This document shows positions 10,104 to 18,035 of a stretch of 64,000 nucleotides of DNA, piece after piece. Position 1 is the first letter of the stretch; each line of letters opens with the position of its first letter. Position numbers and translations under genes: made by a program. The notes below the pieces were generated by a model. That model was not told where the DNA came from. It ran no database searches and worked only from the letters and a program-made list of their open reading frames with translations. Source of the stretch: a virus. The stretch lies in IMG/VR virus record IMGVR_UViG_3300042337_000070, positions 32,001 through 96,000 of that record. One strand, 5' to 3'.

Positions 10104-10741
10104 AGCGTTACTCTATCTCCTGATTCTTCAACAACAGGATTACCATTTTCGTCGTAAACATAAATCAAGTTTGATGGATCTAAGGTTGTTGTGTAATTGG
10201 ACATAATAAATTTATTGTTTGATGTCTGACCAGTCAATACTTGTCCAGACAGGGATCCTAAACCAGCACCTTGTATATTCTTTAAAATAAGAAGACCGTT
10301 GTTTCCACCTACGTTTGTGAAGTTGTGAATCTGTCCTACAACCTGGCCAGCTACACTTACAATCTCACCTATGCTCAGATTACCAAAACCTTGTAGAATA
10401 GAACCCAGGCCGCCACCAAAACCACCGAGCATTCCATATGCCTGGACTTTAGTTGCGCCTGTCATTGGTGTGGGAAAATTTTGAACGTGGGGAATCATAC
10501 CCATAACGTCGGGCGCAGACTGATCAATCATAGCGACGATCATAGGAATGCCTTGCACCATAATCTGTTTGCCTGCCATACCGGAAGCAACAGAAACCAA
10601 TTGACCAAGCATGTTGTGACTATTAACGTCACCTTGAACAGCGGCCAATTGGTTTTCTATCATAACTTTTGTATTTAAACCAGTGCCTACAGTTACAGCA
10701 CCGCAGGCTCTTTTATCTCCTACCCTATGAGGTGGTGCCAT
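10100..10741 (-). CDS. PAAR-like spike-tip protein (gp5.4-like) with C-terminal extension
   Basis: HRVGDKRACGA, AAVQGDVNSH and terminal TGATKVQAYG pattern, followed by about 110 extra residues. Confidence 0.7.
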   Translation of the reverse strand: MAPPHRVGDKRACGAVTVGTGLNTKVMIENQLAAVQGDVNSHNMLGQLVSVASGMAGKQIMVQGIPMIVAMIDQSAPDVMGMIPHVQNFPTPMTGATKVQAYGMLGGFGGGLGSILQGFGNLSIGEIVSVAGQVVGQIHNFTNVGGNNGLLILKNIQGAGLGSLSGQVLTGQTSNNKFIMSNYTTTLDPSNLIYVYDENGNPVVEESGDRVTL

Positions 10742-11345
10742 TCTTTTTCGGTCTTCCTCTTCCTCGCTTTGGAGGTTCTTGTTTTACAAAATCTGGAATT
10801 TTAGGTTCTGTAATATTTAGGGTGATAGTTCCGTCTACTATTTCAGACACTCCAGTAGAACCCATACCACCGATACGACTTGTCTTAGGCAGAGGTCGCC
10901 ATACAGTCTCATTGATTTCATACTCGGCATCTTTGATTAGTTCTGCCTGAGCAATTCGATCACCATTGGTGATCTTGATAGCATTATCTGAAATATTCCA
11001 GATAAGCACCATCAGTTCTTCAACATAATCCGAATCGATAACACCCTCGGCGTTAGCGAGAACAAGACCCTGCTTTAATGATAGTCCTGACCGTGCATGA
11101 ACACGAACTGAATAACCCTGGGGAATGTCCATGATTAGACCTGTTGGAACCATGATACGATCACCAGGCTGAATAACAATCATACCATTCAGAGGACGAG
11201 TAAATGATTTATTCATACGAGAGAAACCTTTATATTCTCTCTTACCATGAGACTGAAACTGTAAATCAAAGCAAGCTGAACCTACGGTTGCTTTTCTAGG
11301 AACTTGATTTGCAGGATGTGTTTTCCAAACTTTCAATGTTGTCAT
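10725..11345 (-). CDS. dut: Trimeric dUTPase with C-terminal AT-hook-like tail
   Basis: SACFDL, ARSGL, GVIDSDY, GDRIAQ and RIGGMGSTG motifs I-V. Confidence 0.93.
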   Translation of the reverse strand: MTTLKVWKTHPANQVPRKATVGSACFDLQFQSHGKREYKGFSRMNKSFTRPLNGMIVIQPGDRIMVPTGLIMDIPQGYSVRVHARSGLSLKQGLVLANAEGVIDSDYVEELMVLIWNISDNAIKITNGDRIAQAELIKDAEYEINETVWRPLPKTSRIGGMGSTGVSEIVDGTITLNITEPKIPDFVKQEPPKRGRGRPKKNGTTS

Positions 11346-11360
11346 AACAAACTCACTTTC

Positions 11361-11783
11361 TTAATCGTCTTCTGTGTGTCTCTTCTTGCCTAGTGAATAC
11401 TTAGCAACCAAGTTCCACTCTGGTTTTTCTGTATATGAAATGATCTTGATTCTGTTTAGAGGAGTTAATGGTTCGTTACTCTTGTTTGAATCGACTAGAG
11501 TAACAAGTTCCCATTCTGCTAATAGATTAGCAATTGTGTTTCTACGTCCACGATCTTCTTCTGAGAAGTCTGTTGCTTTACCATCAAGCATGAACATCTC
11601 TTTGAAGTGAACAAGATAATAACGACCTTGCTTATGTAATATATGACAAGACTGATATAGTGTTTTATCTTTCTTAGATGCAACACCGATTCTCGTTAAT
11701 GTCTCTTTCACTTTTAAGAAGGCTTGAGGATCAGGAAGTTTTACTTCCACGAAGTCTTCTAGGTTTGCTGTCATTTGTGCCAC
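11361..11783 (-). CDS. regA: RegA translational repressor
   Basis: FLKVKETLTRIGVAS...LYQSCHILHKQGRYYLVHFKEMF. Confidence 0.97.
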   Translation of the reverse strand: MAQMTANLEDFVEVKLPDPQAFLKVKETLTRIGVASKKDKTLYQSCHILHKQGRYYLVHFKEMFMLDGKATDFSEEDRGRRNTIANLLAEWELVTLVDSNKSNEPLTPLNRIKIISYTEKPEWNLVAKYSLGKKRHTEDD

Positions 11784-12147
11784 CTTTATCTAATCTTTTT
11801 CTTATTTCTTCCAACTGGGTAGCAGTCAACAAAACCAAAGCCTCTTTTGCCTTTTCGTTAGAGTATTTGTAATACTCTTTCACAGCATCCAGGTTTTCAA
11901 TGGTTTCACGCTTCTCCCATTTTCTAAAAGGGCGTTTATAGCCTCTGATGCTATTTAGTAGATAATGGTATTGCATGGTACCAGGTAGATTAGGAAACCT
12001 ATTCATTTCATTAGCTTGCAAAATGCAATCATAGTGAAACGAGATTGCCCGGTTCACTATGAAAGCATTATACTGTTTGTCCTCCTCCAGCACAGGAGTT
12101 TTGTGCTGGAGGATGCTTGGTATTATATCTTTAAAAAGATCAACCAT
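11731..12147 (-). CDS. gp62: Clamp loader small subunit gp62
   Basis: YNAFIVNRAIS, ANEMN, VKEYYKYSNEKA; position next to regA. Confidence 0.92.
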   Translation of the reverse strand: MVDLFKDIIPSILQHKTPVLEEDKQYNAFIVNRAISFHYDCILQANEMNRFPNLPGTMQYHYLLNSIRGYKRPFRKWEKRETIENLDAVKEYYKYSNEKAKEALVLLTATQLEEIRKRLDKGGTNDSKPRRLRGSKTS

Positions 12148-13681
12148 TCACTACCTCTTTAGGATTAGGACGGGCACTTTGCATACGATTCTTTCCCGTC
12201 TCAATAACTTCATAGTTGCCCTTAATACGATGTCCGCCACGGGCAACAGGGACGATTTCATTCACTTCATACTTGTGTGACTCTGAAAGTGGAACACCAG
12301 CTTCAACAAGAGCCTCATCCCTTGACACACCTGAGCGGCTACCAACTTTAGCAATGATAGCGGCATTCTCTAGATTCGTCAAGTCTTCCTTGAGGTCTGC
12401 AAGGATATAACGAACACGTGCCCAATCAGTGAATGTATAACGTGAACCACCTTCACCTGTTACAGACTCCTTAGAAGAATGCTTCTGGTCACCGTTATGC
12501 TTATTGAATGACCATTCATGAGCAGACTTCTTTTGCTTCTTAGAAGAGGGAGAAGTGAAGAAAGAGTAGGTACCCGTAGCATTCAGGCGAGCATGTTCTT
12601 TATCAAGGAACCACTTTGCAAATGCACTAGCATTCTTGATAGTATATTGACCATCAATACCAATAGGCTTACTCCAGTTATTACCCTTCTGTAGCAAGAA
12701 GGAGATAGTATAGAACATGTTGTATAGGGAAGAACGACTAAACTTTTTTAGCTTGCTCTCGCCGTAGGCAACGCAACCATCTGCCATAATACGAAGAATC
12801 TTTGCGGTTAGTTCCTTATCTTTAGAAGAGATAACGATATTCATCTGAGGATCAGGATACGAACCCATGAACGCATTAAGATCACGTTCATTATATCCTT
12901 CGTAGGTGTTGCAGTTGATATAGCGAAGCATTTCGGCAACGAACAGAGTATCACCCTTATGATCCAAACTATACTCTCCGGACATCTGCTTAACTTTTGA
13001 TAGAGTCCAACGAAGGTTCATATCATCACGGCAAAGATCGATGATCCATCGATTGATTGGATTGTAATTGAGAATACGGCGCTCATGATTGGTCATAGGC
13101 ATCATGTCATTAGACGTAATGAACACCTGTGCCAACTCACGAAGATCACCAGTCCGATAGGTTGTAACAACCACAGGAATATCACGAAGATATTCCTGTG
13201 CCTCTTCTGGCATCTTAGAGAAAAGACCCTTAACGTAAATGCTACCGGACTCTTCTGGGTTCTTTAGTTCGATAAGGGAGAGAGGCTTGAAGTTAATACG
13301 GTCTTCAAAGTACCGAGCAATCGTATCAATACGATGCTGACCGTCAAGGACAAGATACTTAAAACCCTGATTTGAAATGTTCTCAAAGTATTCGAGATTG
13401 TCCTTGATAAACTCGTAGTTTGGTTCGTTACGAGTCAAACGACTGCGGAGACTTTCAATGATAGGATCAATTTCTGCAATCTGAAATAGATCCTTACATG
13501 ATCCGCCATTGAAAAGAAACGTCAAATAGGACGCCTTCTTCCAATCAATCCATTCAATTAGAAGTCGCTGAAGCTTTTCCCGATCATAGAAAAACTCCTT
13601 ATTGTGGTGCATTGCATAGATTTCACCAACGGTGAAAGCACGAACATTAGACTCAATCTGTTGGGATACATTCTGTAGCAC
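12140..13681 (-). CDS. DUF262 (GmrS/ParB-like) protein with degenerate C-terminal HNH-like domain
   Basis: LQR..W, VLDGQHR and F...N motifs; C-terminal YEVNEIVPVARGG...GNYEVI...N; GTG start at 13681 after SD GAGG. Confidence 0.7.
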   Translation of the reverse strand: MLQNVSQQIESNVRAFTVGEIYAMHHNKEFFYDREKLQRLLIEWIDWKKASYLTFLFNGGSCKDLFQIAEIDPIIESLRSRLTRNEPNYEFIKDNLEYFENISNQGFKYLVLDGQHRIDTIARYFEDRINFKPLSLIELKNPEESGSIYVKGLFSKMPEEAQEYLRDIPVVVTTYRTGDLRELAQVFITSNDMMPMTNHERRILNYNPINRWIIDLCRDDMNLRWTLSKVKQMSGEYSLDHKGDTLFVAEMLRYINCNTYEGYNERDLNAFMGSYPDPQMNIVISSKDKELTAKILRIMADGCVAYGESKLKKFSRSSLYNMFYTISFLLQKGNNWSKPIGIDGQYTIKNASAFAKWFLDKEHARLNATGTYSFFTSPSSKKQKKSAHEWSFNKHNGDQKHSSKESVTGEGGSRYTFTDWARVRYILADLKEDLTNLENAAIIAKVGSRSGVSRDEALVEAGVPLSESHKYEVNEIVPVARGGHRIKGNYEVIETGKNRMQSARPNPKEVVNG

Positions 13682-13762
13682 GGTATTTCTTCCTCTTCGG
13701 TTACAAGAAATGGGAAGGAAGCACTTCACTTCCTTCCCACTGTCGAAATCGACAGTATGTAT

Positions 13763-13791
13763 ATACTACTATATTGACTTAGGAATGTCAA
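13763..13791 (-). promoter_or_regulatory. Promoter for the DUF262 gene
   Basis: TTGACA-17bp-TAGTAT immediately after the gp44 stop. Confidence 0.65.
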
Positions 13792-13794
13792 GCA

Positions 13795-14733
13795 TTATTT
13801 CACTTCACATTCGATCATAATCTCAGTGAGGCAAGCAACAAGATTCAATTCTTGATCGGCAACAAATGCCGACTGATACTGATACTTTGCCAGTGTAACA
13901 ACCGCAACAGGGATTGTCTCTGGTTTCAGATACTCATACAGGTTATCATAAACAGAACGATAGATGCGAGTAGGATCGATGTCAGAATTTAACACAACCC
14001 ATTTACGCATGGCAGTGAAGTCTTTATCTTTGATAGACTTGATTAGTTCATTGAGGCTGCGAACGCTATCAAGTTGAGAAACAAGACCAGAATCAATGCC
14101 TCCAGAAACAGAATACCGTTGTAACTCATTAAGAGTTCTGCGATAATCCGGAAAATACTTTTCAACGACCTTTGCGAGGACTTGCTTGTCATATTCCACA
14201 CCCTCTTTTGAAACGATCTGTTCCAGACGCTTGAACATTCTGCCAGCCATTTGAGGCTTCTCGTTGTTCTTGAGCGTAAAGTCCACAACAGAACAACGAG
14301 AATGAATAGCGTCTTTGATCTTCGCTTTGAAATTACAAGTGAAGATGAATGAACAGTTAGAAGAAAACTTTTCGATAACACCTCTTAAGGCATCTTGAGT
14401 GTCAGGTGTTAGACCGTCGGCCTCGTCTAGAATGATAACCTTACGTCCGCCAGTCAGAGATACAGTTGACGCATATCCAACGACCTTCGTTCTTAGAACA
14501 TCGATACCACGTTCCTCAGATGAATTGATAAAGAGGTAGTTACAACCAATCTCGTCACACATGGCCATGGCTGCGGTCGTCTTACCGCAGCCAGCAGGAC
14601 CTGACAATAGAAGATTTGGAATCTCACCATTGTTCACATACTCTTGAAACGCTTTCTTTATCCGATCGGGGAGAATACAGTCCTCAATCTTATGAGGTCT
14701 GTAGCGTTCGACCCAGAGGAAGTCTTCACTCAT
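13795..14733 (-). CDS. gp44: Clamp loader large subunit gp44
   Basis: LWVERYRP, GPAGCGKTT, IILDEAD, HSRC. Confidence 0.96.
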   Translation of the reverse strand: MSEDFLWVERYRPHKIEDCILPDRIKKAFQEYVNNGEIPNLLLSGPAGCGKTTAAMAMCDEIGCNYLFINSSEERGIDVLRTKVVGYASTVSLTGGRKVIILDEADGLTPDTQDALRGVIEKFSSNCSFIFTCNFKAKIKDAIHSRCSVVDFTLKNNEKPQMAGRMFKRLEQIVSKEGVEYDKQVLAKVVEKYFPDYRRTLNELQRYSVSGGIDSGLVSQLDSVRSLNELIKSIKDKDFTAMRKWVVLNSDIDPTRIYRSVYDNLYEYLKPETIPVAVVTLAKYQYQSAFVADQELNLVACLTEIMIECEVK

Positions 14734-14890
14734 TGTCATCCTTTCCATAACGAATTGCATTCATATACATTATAACAGACACTAGCAGGAAAAACAACCA
14801 GTGCATAATGTCGTCATGGTCTAATGACCAGAAAACGAGAGCAGCCATAAGATTGGCTGCCCCTACAATTTCAAATGCTAGTTCAATCAT
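14726..14890 (-). CDS. Small hypothetical membrane protein (54 aa)
   Basis: Manual translation MIELAFEIVGAANLMAALVFWSLDHDDIMHWLFFLLVSVIMYMNAIRYGKDDNE; ATGA overlap with the upstream gene; fills the gap. Confidence 0.55.
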   Translation of the reverse strand: MIELAFEIVGAANLMAALVFWSLDHDDIMHWLFFLLVSVIMYMNAIRYGKDDNE

Positions 14891-15183
14891 GGTGCGGTCT
14901 TTCTTAGAACCTCATCATAGAAAGTTTCAAACTGATTGTTCTCTTCGACCTCATCATTGTAGTTTGCCTTGAAGTAAACCTTAGCGAGACGACGAATCAT
15001 TCGCTTATCCACACCCAACTTATCGAATGTCTCACCGATAATCTCTTTCTGTAAATCTCGCTCTGCACCAACACGAGTCATGGAGTCATTTAGTTCCATG
15101 ATTGCCTTACGAAGAACCTTTTTATCTTCTGGTGATAGAGCCTCGACAGAAGTGGTTGCGCTATTGTGACCGATCATACCCAT
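14887..15183 (-). CDS. DsbA-like dsDNA-binding protein
   Basis: KLGVDKRMIRRLAKVYFK...FETFYDEV resembles T4 DsbA. Confidence 0.7.
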   Translation of the reverse strand: MGMIGHNSATTSVEALSPEDKKVLRKAIMELNDSMTRVGAERDLQKEIIGETFDKLGVDKRMIRRLAKVYFKANYNDEVEENNQFETFYDEVLRKTAP

Positions 15184-15184
15184 T

Positions 15185-15478
15185 TCACTTTACTCCATCT
15201 TTTAGTTGAATGATTGCAGAAGGATTGATGCAAAGAAATCCATCACCATGTCCTTTCACATAGTCGAAAGGTTCGACAGCATATCCACCAGCATCAATGC
15301 ACGATTCTTTGAATGCTTTACGATGGGCCATCCATTCGTTTGAATCTGTGATAGCCCAGTAAAGAAACACTATCACAAAAAGTATAGTGCTGACAATGTA
15401 AGCGGCAAATGAGACTTCCGCCCACAGAATGTTTCCCTCATAATCTCTAAACATCACTTCGACTCCAAAGCGATCCAA
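15185..15478 (-). CDS. Hypothetical membrane protein
   Basis: One hydrophobic segment followed by a C..AGG...C pattern. Confidence 0.6.
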   Translation of the reverse strand: MDRFGVEVMFRDYEGNILWAEVSFAAYIVSTILFVIVFLYWAITDSNEWMAHRKAFKESCIDAGGYAVEPFDYVKGHGDGFLCINPSAIIQLKDGVK

Positions 15479-16107
15479 TACTTTAGATTACCTGATGTGT
15501 TTTCAAACTTGGCAAATGCACCCGCCTGAACCTCTACGGTATAATCATCAGGAAGAAGCTTGAGATTATCAGTCTTAAACGTGGCAGTGAAGTCCTTGCC
15601 AGCATAATCACCGATCTTCTGCACACCGTCATTAGACGTATCATTAGACTTCTCATGAATCTTAAGAAGCAACTCGCCGTCCTTGCCAATGACAGATAGA
15701 TTTGGTAGGTTAATCATTGATGCGACCTTGATTAGCTTTGCTGAGGTTGCATTAGGTAGAGAGAAACTTGTGGTGATATCCTTGAGAACAAGTTCCTTAT
15801 CTGGAGGGGTGATGATAAGGTTTGGTGAACATGCACGATAACTAATGACGAGTTCGCCGTCATTTAGTGTTACGGTCTCGCCATTGAATGAGATTTCTGG
15901 GTTCTTTAGAGTCGTCAGAATACCTAGAAACTGATTCAGATCATAGATGCCGAACTGAGTTGGAATATCGTCACCCAGAGTTGCTTCGACCAGAATGGAC
16001 TTTTCAGGAGAAATAGTTCGCTGTATTCTTCCTTTATTGAGGACTGCGCCGCTGTTGATAGAGGCAAAATTCTTAAGTACCGATAGAGTTTTTTCACTAA
16101 GTTGCAT
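15454..16107 (-). CDS. gp45: Sliding clamp gp45
   Basis: LSEKTLSVLKNFASIN, FGIYDLNQFL, C-terminal YWIALE. Confidence 0.96.
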   Translation of the reverse strand: MQLSEKTLSVLKNFASINSGAVLNKGRIQRTISPEKSILVEATLGDDIPTQFGIYDLNQFLGILTTLKNPEISFNGETVTLNDGELVISYRACSPNLIITPPDKELVLKDITTSFSLPNATSAKLIKVASMINLPNLSVIGKDGELLLKIHEKSNDTSNDGVQKIGDYAGKDFTATFKTDNLKLLPDDYTVEVQAGAFAKFENTSGNLKYWIALESK

Positions 16108-16120
16108 CCTATACTCCTTT

Positions 16121-16711
16121 TCAAGATTGTTTCATTATATGCGATTTATGTTCGACAGTCAAGAATATTTCGACTGACTTCTTTAGGTCCTCAATTGTTC
16201 CTTCGTTATGAATGATGAAGTCAACTGGCTCTTTCCTCCATGCAGTTTCCGACACATGCATCTTAGAAAGTTCTTCCTCAGTGGGTGAAGGGTCTCGACG
16301 CACCCAAACTATCTTACCGCCGACACTCCGGATAAACTCGATCTCATTCGGGAATCTACAATCAGAGATAACAACATCTTCATATCCCATCATGCGTTTC
16401 TCTAATGCAGCAATCCAGATGTTATCTGCGATGCCATGGCGACATGCCTCTGTTCCCATACGCTGTAGAATAAGACGAGGGGTTACCTCGTATCCCATCT
16501 TATTTGACCACCAAGGATCAACCTTCTCACGAAAGGTCCTTGAGGCATTCGAGTCACCTTCTAGAAGACCCCGAGGCCACATAAAGATTGTGGCAACGGC
16601 ATCTTTCAAAGCATCGGCAAATGCAAACTTGTGATACTGATGTTCCCTTACGAGAACATCAGCCACGGTGCTTTTGCCGGACCCAATGTATCCGACAATC
16701 CCAATAATCAT
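16121..16711 (-). CDS. gp1: Deoxynucleoside monophosphate kinase (gp1-like)
   Basis: IIGIVGYIGSGKST P-loop, FADALKD, TPRLILQRMGTE, ISDCRFPNE; start at 16711 (ATGA overlap). Confidence 0.92.
   Translation of the reverse strand: MIIGIVGYIGSGKSTVADVLVREHQYHKFAFADALKDAVATIFMWPRGLLEGDSNASRTFREKVDPWWSNKMGYEVTPRLILQRMGTEACRHGIADNIWIAALEKRMMGYEDVVISDCRFPNEIEFIRSVGGKIVWVRRDPSPTEEELSKMHVSETAWRKEPVDFIIHNEGTIEDLKKSVEIFLTVEHKSHIMKQS
16134..16162 (-). promoter_or_regulatory. Sigma70-type promoter for the gp45 operon
   Basis: TTGACT-17bp-TATAAT. Confidence 0.65.
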
Positions 16712-17538
16712 CTTAAGTTTCCTGACAAACTTGCAACTGCGGGGAGGTCTCCTTGGAACCCGTAGGTTCCAACGTGAGTGGTTTTCATCCAAGGACACAA
16801 CCAAACCTTAAGTCCAATTGCTCGTGCATTCTGACAGAACATATAATCTTCTGACAGATAACGATGTGACTGTGGGTCGATCACGGTATCAAAGTAAGCA
16901 TGAATGTATCGTGAACCATCAAAGTTTGCCTGACCAACATGGTCTGGCTTATAATGAAGGTGTGGAAACTCTTCGGCATACTTATCAAACACTTCACGCT
17001 TGACCATCATGAAACCTGTGCCGATTTCCATAACCTCTACAGGTTCGCTGATCTTGAATGATGTTGTGCCTGGGACTGGGTTGAATACAAAGTCACCTGT
17101 TACTCCATCTAGTTCACCAGGATTAAAACCTTCCTTCAACTTGATACCTTCATTTGTCTTGATGGAGTTACGAGTAACTGCGTTACAGATGTTGCTCCAG
17201 TTAATAGACTTCTTTGGATATGGTCCACCAGCAATGTCAAGATCAAGAGCTAGGAGAGCAAGGATGTCCTGAGGGTTGTATTGAATGTCTGAGTCAATGA
17301 ATAGAAGATGTGTGCATCCCGAACGAAGAAACTCATCAACAAGGTAGTTTCTAGCACGGGTGATTAGAGATTCATTAAAGATAAATGAGAAGCGGCATTC
17401 GATACCATACTGAATACAGGTTGCCTGTAGATCGAGGCAAGCCTTTGCATAAAGGCCGAAGCACTGTCCACCGTAACATGGTGTAGCGACAAAGATTTTC
17501 TTTTGTCTCAATTCATCACTTGAAATTTTTATTTCCAT
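16708..17538 (-). CDS. Glycosyltransferase-like protein (GT-A)
   Basis: FVATPCYGG, ESLITRARN, LLFIDSDI, GTGFM, YLSEDYMFC. Confidence 0.8.
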   Translation of the reverse strand: MEIKISSDELRQKKIFVATPCYGGQCFGLYAKACLDLQATCIQYGIECRFSFIFNESLITRARNYLVDEFLRSGCTHLLFIDSDIQYNPQDILALLALDLDIAGGPYPKKSINWSNICNAVTRNSIKTNEGIKLKEGFNPGELDGVTGDFVFNPVPGTTSFKISEPVEVMEIGTGFMMVKREVFDKYAEEFPHLHYKPDHVGQANFDGSRYIHAYFDTVIDPQSHRYLSEDYMFCQNARAIGLKVWLCPWMKTTHVGTYGFQGDLPAVASLSGNLR

Positions 17539-17608
17539 ATTGTTCTCCATAAGCGAATAGCGCAGGGACAAAAGTCCCCACGCTATTATATAGTAAAGTT
17601 TTTAGAAA

Positions 17609-17836
17609 TTATCCGTCAGCAAGGCGATAGAATGCGGTGCGCTTACCCTTTACATTGCGATAATTAGTGTAGATCGTATAACCCCACTCACGAAGGTCGT
17701 AAACTCGCTTTGCAACATTATCACGAGGAACACGGGCCATCGAAGCAATCTTGTCGGCGGTAACGCCGGCGCCAGTGTTATAACGGGCGAGAACAGTTTC
17801 AATCTTCTCAATCTGAGACTTGCGAGGTGTAGCCAT
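17609..17836 (-). CDS. Small winged-HTH DNA-binding protein
   Basis: VTADKIASMARVPRDNVAKRVYDLREWGYTI; start MATPRK after SD GGAG. Confidence 0.75.
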   Translation of the reverse strand: MATPRKSQIEKIETVLARYNTGAGVTADKIASMARVPRDNVAKRVYDLREWGYTIYTNYRNVKGKRTAFYRLADG

Positions 17837-17861
17837 TATATAATTCTCCATTCGTGTTTTA

Positions 17862-17929
17862 TTGATGCTGCTGGTCGTGAAAGGAAAGGCCCGTGTATAA
17901 CCAGCAGCATCAAAGTTATTATACACGGG
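17862..17929 (-). ncRNA. Structured leader with interleaved inverted repeats (pseudoknot or switch)
   Basis: 11-bp CCCGTGTATAA/TTATACACGGG stem crossing a 14-bp TTGATGCTGCTGGT/ACCAGCAGCATCAA stem. Confidence 0.55.
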
Positions 17930-17967
17930 TATTCATTTAGACTTTGGACCAATCGATTAGAGGAAAG

Positions 17968-18001
17968 ATTGGATACCCAAACTTATCGAGTATCCAATCT
18001 T
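17968..18001 (-). terminator. Hairpin after cobS (probable terminator)
   Basis: AAGATTGGATAC...GTATCCAATCTT followed by TCCTCT. Confidence 0.5.
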
Positions 18002-18035
18002 CACCGTTGATCCTTTTGACTGTATAATCTTTATT

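Noticed and set aside
17536-17590. Second ROSE-like element (UUCGCU-UAU-GGAG) before the glycosyltransferase
   Set aside because: Pairing with the SD is weak, with a mismatch and a 3-nt loop; only the upstream hairpin is convincing
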